Shown here one piece after another: positions 51,502 through 63,385 of a stretch of 64,000 nucleotides of DNA. Positions within the stretch are counted from its first letter, which is position 1. The number at the start of each line of letters is the position of its first letter. The position numbers and the translations under genes are program-made. Source of the DNA: Balanoglossus misakiensis (taxonomy: Eukaryota > Animalia > Hemichordata); the NCBI GenBank assembly GCA_040954595.2, contig CM082580.2, forward strand, positions 6,455,519-6,519,518. The letters run 5' to 3'. Below the pieces are notes generated by a model. That model was not told the DNA's origin, did not search any database, and saw nothing but the letters and a program-made list of their open reading frames with translations.

Positions 51502-54500
51502 TTAGTTGGCCTTCTCAGCATACGCCACACCCCATAGAAGGTCTCCGGAAGCAGACCACTTCACCTTCCCGTCCCAACGATTCACCATGCATTGGTAGCC
51601 TTCCTCTGAAAATTCCTGTGCAGATAAAGTGCAGATGGTGTGCGTGAAAGCCTATAGTCTGCGCGTATCATGTGATTCTGATAAACAATGGGTTGGAGAT
51701 ACCGGAAACATAAGACCAATAATGTATGTTAAAGGGAAGGGGTCGTCGCGCCGCGTGGGTGTCCCCCTTGATGAGAATATGTCCTCCCATACCAGCGCAA
51801 ACCCCACTGCAGTCGCCACGAAAAACTAGGATCTTCAGTTGCTATCATGCCCAGTCTATGCTACAGTTGGCTGCTTCGTTCATCGTAAGAATTATTTAAT
51901 TTCAGGGATTTGTGGATGAACTGTAATGTTTATAAACAAACAAACGCGGCGCGACGACCCCATTACTTTAACTTTATTCTCTGCACATTTTATCGAGTGA
52001 GAATTTTGCAGTCGTGCCAAATACCAGGTGGAATTTTACATCAGAATAGGCCACTTTCATGACCCCACATCCTTGTATTTCTGGTGGTATGGGGCATTCA
52101 GCATTTTGGTACAAGGAATGCGTAAAGCCATCTTGCTACTTCAGCACTTAATGCACTGACTACAGCAGCAACTATTGAGTTTTTAATCAAACTGATGGAT
52201 TCATATCGGTCAACAGAAGTACAAGGATGTGAGGTCATGTAGGGGGTCATGAAAATGGCCTATAGCCTGAGCGAGTGTGTGCAAAGATTCATCTGAATAT
52301 TTATGATTCGATGCATAGGGCATGTCAACGAATTTTGGCATCAAGAAATCAAGTAGTATAACCAACTATTGTCTATGGTGTAACTGACTAAACTCTTCCA
52401 CGGCTAAACCGAATAGACAGAAAAGAGACGTGTGTGACTATGCACATATAGAATGACTGATACCTTCAAGAAATCCTGTCTATCTTCTTGAAGATGTTTC
52501 TTCTCTTTATCAAGATAGCCAATAAACCCTTTCGTCCTGTCTTCAACTTTGATCTTAGTGAAACCCGCCAAGGAAAGCATCTGGAAGTAAATGGGGTCAG
52601 CACTTGTTTCAGAGATTTCTTAAACCAAACATGGCAAAAAATGTCCCAAAATACAAATACACATGTATGCAAGTTTCACCACACATTTTTCGAAGTTTAC
52701 TTCGGTAAATAAAGGTGTTCATCCTCGTGGCGTCATGTGACGTAGGCACTAAGCGTTGTGACACAGACCATAGACAATATGCATAGACGTCACGTAGGAT
52801 TTATTGAGTTAGGTAGACACGAATCGCTACTTTACGCATTTGAGTAGCTTAGGGCATCTGATAAAGAAAGCCTGTGTATCTACTACATGTAGTATGTAGT
52901 GAACGTAAGCAGTACCTTCGAATGGAACATGTGTGTGTTATATGGAAGAAAACACTTTGTGAAGAATCTAAATGCAAAAGGAATTCGTTCGTATGGTCGA
53001 AGAAAATGCCGATTCAGTGAAACCAATGTTTGAAGATCAGTACGCTCCACTACTATTACTAGTGGGGCGTTACGAAGGAACAACATGATGAGATTTTCTC
53101 ACATTTCCAACATGTTTTGTAGTATGCAATGTATGTCCCCTTTCCTCGAGATATTCCCTGAAGTCTTCAGCCCGGGTCTCTGGTGGTTCACGAGTAAAGT
53201 CACTGACGATCAGAAGTTTACCACCTGGCTTCATCCACTCCTTGAGAAACGAGAGAAATACGACATGGAAACAGAAATCAGAACTTGAATCGGTCACTCC
53301 GCAAACGGTGGAGAATCTCTGACAAAACTTTTGTCGCAGTCCGCTTTTTCGATGGTCGTGCATGTTTATTGACTTTGCTAAACAAGGACTACACTGATTA
53401 TCTCCCTGCATGTGACGGACGGTGTACTGCAAACAGCTCCCAGTATCAAAAATGCATAAAAGTAACACACGAGTTATTAAATGAACACGTTTCTCGGCCC
53501 GGCCGAATGTCCCATGAACCATGTCTGCGCATGCGGTTTGAAAGGCGAAGGTTCAACGAACATTATGTGCAGTGTACATTGTCTGAACTACTAATGTTCT
53601 TCCGAGAAATAGACGCGTTTGCGTGTGTCTAGAAACCAGCCTCGTACCTACGTATCATGATGAAACTTACCAGAAACTTGACAAACAAGGGCTGTTGGTT
53701 TTTAATATATATCATCGATCCTTGACTGTATATGACATCAAAAGATTCTGCACTAAACTCCCGTTTCGTGAAATCGGAAAGTTCAAATTGTACCTGAAGG
53801 TTAAACGAAAGCGATATTTGAGACAGTCCGGAACTCACGACTTTGGGATTCAGTAATTGTGGTATTATTCTTGGTTGAAGGTCCGGAATAATGACGTCAC
53901 AGCGAAAATCATGAGACAACTAAGTCGCGCGGTCATAGACGTTTAAGTTAGTTGGAAGTTCACTCACTTGCAGACCTAAATTCTGATGCGCGGCTCTTTC
54001 CATCGCCATTCCAATCATATTGCCCGACAAATCAACTCCCAGTACCTCTGCTCCATAACTCTGCGGCACCGAAATCAAACCAAGAAAATGATATATAATG
54101 TCGCAAAGTATTCGAAAAATCTTTTGCACGTTATTTACATGGCAAGTCAAGTACGATTATTTCTTTGCTAATACCTTTTAACAAACATCTATATTCGTAA
54201 CTTTTCGTACATATACATGCACATTTGACATTACTACAGTTTAAACCTATCACCTCAACTACTATGTACATTTTCATATACGCTGCTCTCAGATACCACG
54301 CTGAAGATTTCGAAAATGCTAACCACGGTTTTTATCATTCCTAACCAATTTTAATCAATTATCAACAGACCTGTGCCATGTAGAAGCTGGCACCACCTAT
54401 GCCACACCCAACATCCAGTACTTTTTGTCCGGGTTTCAGATTCAGCATTTCAACAAACATCTGTAACAATAATTTTAAGTATTATCATTTGTGTAGCCAA

Positions 54501-56912
54501 ACACGTGTCACACTTGTTCACTTTTTTATATAAATAAAAACATCTGTTTCAGGTTAAAATGCATGTCACCTTGTTTAATGGACGCACTGCCATTTTCGTC
54601 GACAAATATATGAAAAAGATACCTTCAAATGTATTAGTAGGAATCATCATTGATTTTGCGCCACGTGGCTCGTGCATTGACGTCTCTGTGACGTCAATAG
54701 GTACGGAAGGTTTGTGTTCGATTATATACTGTCGTCACAACAACAAAAAGTTTTTTAATCATACATGACTTGATTCCACCTTGCCTTTGTCGCTTCAAAT
54801 GCCCCTGCACTTGCGTGACCACGCCCATACACCCATTCACTTTGTAGAATAACATGTTTGGGGTATTGCTTATTGTCAAAGAACGACTGCAGGGTGTTGT
54901 AGCCCCGATGGGAACCCTTTTGGGTGTTTCTCTTCTGCAGTAGCCACGTTAATTGGCCTTGCTGTTTCCTCAGCTGAAATGCGAAATATGTTTGTATGAG
55001 ATTGAATATGGCACATTATTATTATTACGGTGTACAAGGTTTGTCTATGCCACTGCGTCTTGTGACGTCGCTTTTCCACGTTATTACTGAAAATGTCATA
55101 AATTATGTTTATGTGGACGCACCCAAGAACAGACTTAATGTAAAATTAATGAAAGTGTGACTTTCTAGCAAAACAAACACTATATACTTAGCACAGTTTC
55201 GACCAACCCAATATATCCAACATAATACATGTATACAAAAACGAATGCAAATATACGGCGCGCTCACCTTGACGTAGGTCTGCAAAACTTTACTTGAAAT
55301 GATTTCAAATCCCATAGCAAAATTATCGTTGTCTTCAGGTAGTACACGTGCTGTTTGAATTATTGCATTATACTGTGTCGGGGAACGGTACACGGTCGGG
55401 TTATCGTCGCCTAGATCAACGTGCTGGCGATCTGATAGGCAGAAGCGATCAATTATACAGACGCATCGCTGATGCTGTGACCATCAACATGGGGAGTTCT
55501 CGCTGAAACAATTATGTATGTTTATACGTGTACAGCAAATTAAGTGTTATTTCACATCATAGTCCGCCTTATTGGTCTTTCGTAATGTGTGTGTTCGTCG
55601 CCATGTCCGTATTTAAAGGCGTGTCTCCTCTTCAAGTAACGCAAAGATACTCAGCTTCAGATGGTACAAGCGCATTGAAGTTAGTAAATTTGGAAGCAAT
55701 CAACAGCATAGGCAAATTGTGAGCAAGTATACTCTACTTACCGATTTGGTGATAGCACGTTTCTCTGAAAAACATGAAACCGCCCTCTGTCAGCCACACC
55801 AGCGTATATTTCAACAACTTCGAGAGCTCATCATCGTTCAGATACATCATCAACCAGTTAGAAAACACGACATCGTAACTGAAGAAAACACGTATTCGAG
55901 AAATGTGATAAATGATAATCTACCTCATGAACAAGAATAAAAAGCAATGTAATTCGCTGTAGTGTTTTCGTCGAATGTGTTGCAGTGTTCAGTCAGTGTC
56001 ACTCAATCGTGGCATCTTATTGGATCGTTTCCATTTTCATGCCCCCTAGGCCTACATGACCTTATATCCTCGTACTTCTGTTGGAATGAATCAAATCTAA
56101 AACCTCTACAAAAACTACACAGATGCTGATGTAGTAAATATATGTACTGAATCACATACGTGAATCTTTTTCATTTTACACGTTTATTGTCCCAAATGCT
56201 GAATTAAGGCAACCCCATACCAACGGAAGTACAAGGATGTAGGGGTCATGAAAAAGACCTATTCATGGACGACAATGTGAAGACCGTGTCTCACCTGTTT
56301 GCGGGGAATTCAAGTTGCATGACATCGGCATGGATGAAGTCGGCGTTTGCCAAATGACCGTTGTCCTGTCGGTTCTTTTCAATGAACGACTCCGTGAAAT
56401 CTACCGCCGTGACATGACCAGCTTTTTGTGCCAGGAGTCCCGTCTGACGTCTGAAGTCAAAATCATCAATATATCTAGACTCTCTCACAGCCCCTCTCGT
56501 CGTCCATGCAGGCTTATAGTCTGATTGCATGTGTGTCCACCGAGACCAGACGGTGCTTCAAGTCCCCCCCCCTTTCAGTCCCTAAATTCAAATCCCCCTA
56601 CATACCCTCAATTTTTTCAAATCCCCCCCCCCTCAATTCTCCCGCCCCCCTCCAGAGGTGTTTGTGAATGCAGCCTTATTGACAATCACCGCACTGCTTA
56701 TTTTTGTACTTAATATCATTTTGACAACACACTCACCCGATACCGGCTCCCAATTCTAATATTCTCTTGCCCTCCAAGTTCGGCAGCATGGCCATTATTT
56801 CTTGAGTTTCTGCATTAGTTAATATCTGTGCCTTCGTATCGTGCATCATTGTGTCTAGTGTCGGAGAATGGTCAGCCCAGAAATCTCGCATGTTGTCCCG
56901 AATATCCTCCAT
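51502..56912 (-). CDS. PMT: Phosphoethanolamine N-methyltransferase-like protein (two SAM-dependent MT domains), divergent, about 498 aa
   Basis: Exons on minus strand: 56912-56737 (ILELGAGIG), 56450-56295, 55878-55742 (FSNWLMMYL...GGFMFFRE), 55431-55268 (NPTVYRSP), 54973-54785, 54460-54371 ([18 protein letters not shown]), 54060-53968, 53793-53671, 53240-53103 ([10 protein letters not shown]), 52580-52464 ([12 protein letters not shown]), 51615-51502 (EFSEEGY...[11 protein letters not shown]). Total 1497 nt with no stops. Confidence 0.92.
51733..51967 (+). mobile_element. Complete non-autonomous Kolobok-like DNA transposon (MITE) in the last intron of the PMT-like gene
   Basis: TTAA at 51729-51732 and 51968-51971; AG...CT termini; TIR core GGGGTCGTCGCGCCGCGT / ACGCGGCGCGACGACCCC; second copy at 13872. 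Confidence 0.85.
52046..52263 (+). mobile_element. MITE with ATAGGCCA(C/T)TTTCATGACCCC terminal inverted repeats
   Basis: 21-bp TIR with one mismatch, plus a subterminal inverted motif ACATCCTTGTA / TACAAGGATGT. Related copies at 56031-56262 and 47701. Confidence 0.8.
56031..56262 (-). mobile_element. Inverted, diverged copy of the ATAGG...CCTAT MITE
   Basis: CCATTTTCATGCCCCC...AAATGCTGAAT...CCCCATACCAACGGAAGTACAAGGATGTAGGGGTCATGAAAAAGACCTAT matches the reverse complement of 52046-52263. Confidence 0.75.
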
Positions 56913-57858
56913 GTCTGTATGAACGAAATCCAAATAAAACATTTCAGAGACTACCATCAGGAAAAAAAGTGTATGTAAAACTGGCAGAGCACACGTGTAC
57001 ATGAAATAAAAAGAGGCAAAGTCCCTCTCTTTTGGCCTTTTGTTCAGACTGTGAAATTATTAGAAACGAAAAGTTGTCGACTACATTTTCACTTGAAACC
57101 ACTGTACACTACAGACAGGCTAGATTTAACATTCGACGAAAGCTTACATCATGAATGCATCGAAATGAGTAGGCCTAACAAGTTCACATGTCCTTCAGTG
57201 ACCCGACCGCGGTGTCGACGTATCAATAGCCTGTGGACCCCGCCATTTATGGCTCAGTGTTGGTTTTTCTGTCGATGATTGTGGTGAACCTTTACACAGC
57301 GAAAATGTCATGTAACTGAAGGTGACCTCTAACTGATTGCTTGACAGTTGCCCACGAACTACTACTAACATTTGACAGGTGATTGATTGCCGTTTGTTCT
57401 TTGTCCCCCCCCCCCCCACCTTTGATGTCTGGTGTGCAGACAGTCTAGGCCTGTGCAGACTGTGCCAATGCACTTTGGGCTGCAAGCTGTGTGACGACAC
57501 TACTAATTTCCCCGCCACAGCTGTAGTATATCTTGGAGTAAAGACAATCTAACAGAAACTACGAACGAGAACATGCTCTTACCTACCTAAAACGTATCTC
57601 CTTATAAATACTACCGATGAAGGAATGAGAACGGTCGCTCACAGTCACCGCGGCTATTCAGAACCCAATGACTATAAATCTTTCAAGCTGGTCGTGTCTG
57701 GGCCTTGACTAAAATGAGTGATTGTGGTGTATTCTCGCGCGAGATTAGCCGAACCACCGCAAACACAAGTGCAAATGCCCCGGAAGTTATTTAAACCAAA
57801 AGCGGCAAATTGCCCCAAAACTACAAAAATGCAAATCTCACCACAATGCATGCATGCA

Positions 57859-57859
<1 letters not shown>

Positions 57860-57889
<30 letters not shown>

Positions 57890-57955
57890 CATACATACAT
57901 ACATACATACATACATACATACATACATACATACATACATACATACATACATACA
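57860..57955. repeat. (TACA)n microsatellite
   Basis: About 24 perfect units; source of the MYVC/HTYI spurious ORFs. Confidence 0.97.
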
Positions 57956-58561
57956 ATTTAATTGTCTATAGTTTTTAAATATTTTTTTATTCAAAACGCA
58001 CAGCTTAACCGAAAAATTCACTCGTCACTAAGCATACGCGTACGCCGCTTTCTTCTATCAGATACACGTGTAATGACGTGTATATAACAAAACCTCTCTG
58101 ATGTTCTTTTACAATGTCTTGCATGCAAACTAAATTGGGATTTAGGCCTTGAAACTCATATGCCATATACTAAGTACTAATATGCAATAGTAAAAAAAAT
58201 AGGGATTATACACAGGCTGCTTTCAGAGCATTGTCAACAATTTGAAAGGTGTCGCCGAAAGCAGTGTTCATCGTAGACAGGATCAGACACGATAGATCAT
58301 TTTGTAAATTACACGCGATCCTGCGAAATCTCGCGTGGCTAAACAGTTTATATTGGAGGACATTCTCATGTGACGCAAAACAAACAACACATGGCCCATC
58401 ATGTTAAAAGGCACAAACATAATTTTTTGTGTGTGTTAAACCTTGCTCCTATTCAACCGCCACACAGGCTTGACTTGTATAGGCTGGCAACCCGCTGCTA
58501 TGGTAATCAACCAAGTCTCGCGAGATCCCGCAGTGGGCTAAAAAAGTCATCTTTTACGGTT

Positions 58562-61500
58562 TTAGTATGTGGCGTCTCTTTCACAAATATAACCGCGTTG
58601 CTTAGAACAACGTTCATCACCCCATTGGCCATCATTACCGTAGCGTATACATGTACAATCCTGATCGCCTCCATAATCGTTCGGTTGATCATCTTCCCAG
58701 TTAGTGTAGTTTAACTAGTGGACAATAAAAAAATCACACATTAACATACAGATACTTTCAAAACCCAGCCAAAACATGCTTGTTGCTTTGCAACTATAGT
58801 GTCAGTAAAGTGCCAATACTTACCGGTGATCCATCTATCCACACAAAGTCTCCTTCTACTGCTATATCTGTCAACCCGATCCACATGTTCTTTTGCGCCC
58901 GGGTGTATCCTTTTAACGAAGAAAATTGAACATAATCTTGCATTTTAATCAAATTTAATATTTGCCTCAGCCAACGTTTTCATCCAAAGTTTTGCCTTTT
59001 CATAAGTCTAGCGCCCCCATGCAGCCATCATGAATTTGAACTCAAAGCGAGGCCAAACGGGAAAACCTCTTGATGTGATTGGTCAACTGAGACAGGCTGT
59101 TTCTTATCAACTTGACTTATGAAAAAATGATCAGTGGTCAGTAAATTCCCTTCAAGCAGCTCAGTGTGTTTTCATTGTATTTTCAATGAATTTTCCAGCC
59201 TACCTTTCAAAAACAAATCTTCTACGGCGTCATTAACAATGGCCACAGTACTATTGAATAGTTCACACATAGCCACGGCATCGTCATATGTGTACATAGA
59301 ATACAGGTATGCAAAGTAACACCGGGTCCGAAATTGTGTCCAGTCGGGTGGACAAGCTGCAAAGGCAAGAAAGACAAATTATTATCCAGGCGGCGTGCAC
59401 TCTATCTATAGTGCGTGTATATCCCGCATGGCAGTGGACGTGTTAACCAGTAGATGCACAAGGTGTCAACAAAGATGTGAATCATAATTTCATAAAGGAG
59501 GGAGAGAATTGTACACATAGAAACACACAAATATGTAGGTTATACGTGAATTATTGTACATTTATAAATTAGCATCGTGGCTTGGATGTACCAGACTAGC
59601 AATTGGAGGATTGCGGGTTCAAGACTTTCTATCGGTGTTGCACTTTACCTCTCTTTGCTTTATGTGTGTAAGTGCGCGCATGCGTGTAGCCATTCCTTCA
59701 TAAATAAATGAGTGTACATCCGTGAAGTATATATGTACATGTATACAAAGCTAAGAACCGTTCTTAAAAATCTCAGTGAATTTTGCATTAAAATTGCGGT
59801 TTGCTTTTATTTTATTCCTGGAATGTCGCGGGTGCAACAAAACTTCAAAGTAGCGGCGGAATTATGCGCTCATTGAAGGGACTGGGCATTGCCGGAGCGC
59901 CCGCACACGACTGAATCTTTCAGTCTACTAGATTACGTACCTGGCTTTGTTGGCAATTCTTGGATGATTGTTGACAACTCCGCGACTGTTTCAGAGAGAC
60001 GCTGAATATCGGTGGTTTGATTATCCTCGACGGTTGACTGAAAGTTCCTTCCTGAAAGCGGTGTAAAAAATCACCACAATCAAGTATATACACCTTGCCC
60101 ATATTGTCACCAATTCAAATGGCATGTACTCCAGACATGTACCGTATCTCTCGAGAAGTTCATTTTGAAGTTATCTCATCTGCCAGCAACAACTGTTCCA
60201 AACTATGCAGACTTCTATCGAACGTGGATACAAATCCCGATGACCAACCTTCTAATATTGTGTTGCATACACTTGCTTTCGTTTGAACGTTGCAGGCGAT
60301 CAGTATTAAATTAAAAAAAATACCAGCTCTTACCTGCCAACGTTTCCTGTATCTGCGTTGACAACTCCGTTACTATGTCGGAAAGTCTCTGTATTTCAGC
60401 TGTCTGTTCACACGTTTTCTGGGCGTCGACCTCTTGCCCTGAAAGCGATCCAAATTCACCTCGGTCAAGTTCACCACGCAGAAGTCAAATGTGCTCCCCT
60501 ACCAAGTCACAGATCACTAAAACTACTTTCGTCCGCACTCGAAAGACAAACTGATGTTCCACCTCAAAATTAATCCTTGTGGACATCACCCGTTTCCCGC
60601 AGAATAATTCCTCGCGCGACAGCACCATTAGCTAATGTGATGCGGTAAGGAGAGGCCGCCGATCACGAAAATGGACGCTGGCATTATTTCACTACTTCGG
60701 TTAGGGGAATGATCGGGGGTTACTTTGTTTTTCCGCACGTGTAAGAATCGAACTAAGGGGAGACGTCTGTAGAATTCACGAGTATACACGGGACATAAAC
60801 CACATTTATTGCCATAAAGCAAATACTTGTGCACTGTATATGTTACGGTACTTTATATCTTTCATACTTTGATTACACAAAATATATTGCGAGTACTCAT
60901 CTACAATACCTGTGAATAGAAAAACGCGTGCTTCTTATTCAAGTCACGTTTAGCATTAATTTAGCTTATACGCCACCCTTACGGCAATTTGCTATAAAGT
61001 GGCTTTCGAAAGAAGATTTTACGTATGATTGCTATATCCTTCGGACACAGGGATTGGTGGTAAATGTATCAGTCATTTCAGAAGACACTTAGCAATTTCC
61101 CTCAGAGTACCACCTAAGCCCTGCTTTTGTCGACAAAATCTTAAGCACCATGCACAGAAATCATAAGGCGGGTGTTGAATTTTTCAATGGTGGCCCGACT
61201 TTCCCCAGCGGCGCGGCATCCCAGAGAACGTGCGCTGTGCTGACTACACGAGCAACGACAGTAAATGCTGCTTACAGAATAAGTGTCTACCACTCAAAGA
61301 GACAAAGTCCTTTTTTTCAACCTTTTTCGATGTCAAGAATCAATTAAATACTACAACTTTACCAGATTCCAGTAATTTTTATATCATATAATATATAATG
61401 CCAAGATTCCGTAAATTACATTGTCGTGTTTTGTATATTACATTTTGTTACTTGCAAAGCGTACTGTTTCAAACAAAGAACGTGTTAGGTTTACTAGTAA

Positions 61501-62017
61501 ACCAGTCAGTTTCTATCACAGAAAGATATAAAAGACCGTCACGTGGTAATGACGAGAGGATCGGTTATGGAAAATAAGAAGCGTGGTTTGAACAATGGGC
61601 ACGAGTACACCAAGAAATTAAAGATTTCGATTGCACGGCGGGATACGCGTTCGATTTTCGCGTTGAATCGTGGTCATTAGATTGCGCGTGTTAGAAAAGC
61701 TAGTCATCAACACCTTTCTGATGAGCGTGATGGTTTTGGCGTTACGGCTGCAGCCTTAAATGGTACCAATCGACAAGGAATTTTCCTTCAATAGAGGAAA
61801 ACGACATAGGCCTACCTGTCTGTGTGACCAGAATGGTGTGCACATCATAAACGACGACAGCGACTATGGCTGCTGTTAACACAACGCCTACACCGACGAT
61901 AGCTTTGTGCAATCGCGCAGGTGGTGCACTTTTCCGAGTCAACGGTTTTTCGCCAACCCGTGGTTGATGCGCACGGGCTAACTTCGGGTGCACCTTCATG
62001 TTCTTGATCGACTGCAT
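58562..62017 (-). CDS. Type II transmembrane C-type lectin (cytoplasmic tail, TM, coiled-coil neck, CTLD), about 269 aa
   Basis: Exons on minus strand: 62017-61816 (basic tail, then TM AIVGVGVVLTAAIVAVVVY), 60438-60334, 60051-59941 (neck), 59356-59204 (CPPDWTQFRTRCY), 58909-58824 (MWIGLTDIAVEGDFVWIDGSP), 58714-58562 (YTNWEDDQPNDYGGDQDC...WGDERCSKQRGYICE, TAA). Phases are compatible. Confidence 0.88.
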
Positions 62018-62331
62018 CCTTACTGCACAGAAACGTGGGGATACTTTATTATTTGTTGGGGTAACAAATGACTACTGTTAAAACGGTTTCTTTTGTTGCA
62101 AATTAAGTCTCTTCTGATGTTGCTTATTCACACAAAGTGATCGTGCCGGGCAACGCCAAATGGAACAAAGTCTGCACAATGACGTCTGATAAAAGAAGTT
62201 ACCTTTGAAAGAGTTCATAAAACTAGAATGGTATTGAGCCTGGATAACCGAGATTATGCCACCTGTGGCATTCCACGGCGCTCTAAAGTCTTTCTGAGCC
62301 ACTCGGTAATTTTTCACCCGCTGGAGAAGTC

Positions 62332-62434
62332 ATTCTACGTGTACATAGATTGTAGCTAACCTAGCTAGGAGGACTGACCACACCCCCCTAGCTAGGTTAG
62401 AATTATCCGCGCCTACAATCTCTGTACGGAGAAT
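62332..62434. repeat. Nested inverted-repeat (fold-back) element
   Basis: Inner perfect 14-bp arms CTAACCTAGCTAGG (62356-62369) / CCTAGCTAGGTTAG (62387-62400). Outer arms GTACATAGATTGTAG / CTACAATCTCTGTAC. Confidence 0.75.
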
Positions 62435-63012
62435 ACCAGTACTGACTGGTGTCCGCGTGATGTGAATACATGTATTATAATCGTCTTTTGAGGATGTTGT
62501 CTGCAAAAATGGAGTTTACTAGGAACAGGAAGAAGTATTGTCAAAAGTTACAGCCCGTTAATTCATCGAAAACAACTTTGGTGCTGCAATTCTCTGTTAT
62601 ATAATTGTAGAATCTGGCGGCAGTACCCTAACTACGTATTTCATAGCTGAGAGGCAAGCTTTCCCTGCCCTTTGCAAACTCAATTAACCGATCAATCGGT
62701 CTCAGTCTCAATGCCCACAAAGTGCGTAAAATCGGGCTTCAAGTTACATTCACATTTTAAAGGGTCGTGCCTAATTTTAAAGCGAATCTTGCTGCCTTCA
62801 GGATACGAGATAAGTAATTCGCTTTTGAAGTAACCATTTCTCTGTTAATTATCAAGCTCTGAATCCCCTAAAACTAAAAAATTTCTGAAAGCTTAGACAT
62901 AGGAGAACATTCTGGTTCTTCAGTGTGACCATTGTTTGCGCAACTATCACGTGACAAGCAATTCTATTAACCTTTCAAAAACCAGTTTTCTCGATGTTTG
63001 GTGTTAACGCAT

Positions 63013-63270
<258 letters not shown>

Positions 63271-63385
63271 TCAACTGCTGGTCTAGGGCGACCTCGACCT
63301 GCATGTCATTGCCATTGAATGCATGACCTCGATCGACGTTACATGCACTAAATGTTAAGGTACATTATTATTGCTGACTGTCGCA

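Noticed and set aside
57672-58021. MYVC/HTYI repeat ORFs (also 62967-63326) and the poly-His ORF at 27907
   Set aside because: Translations of microsatellites.
59570-59660. B-box-like GCGGGTTCAAGAC suggesting a tRNA
   Set aside because: No cloverleaf can be built; at most a decayed tRNA-derived SINE head.
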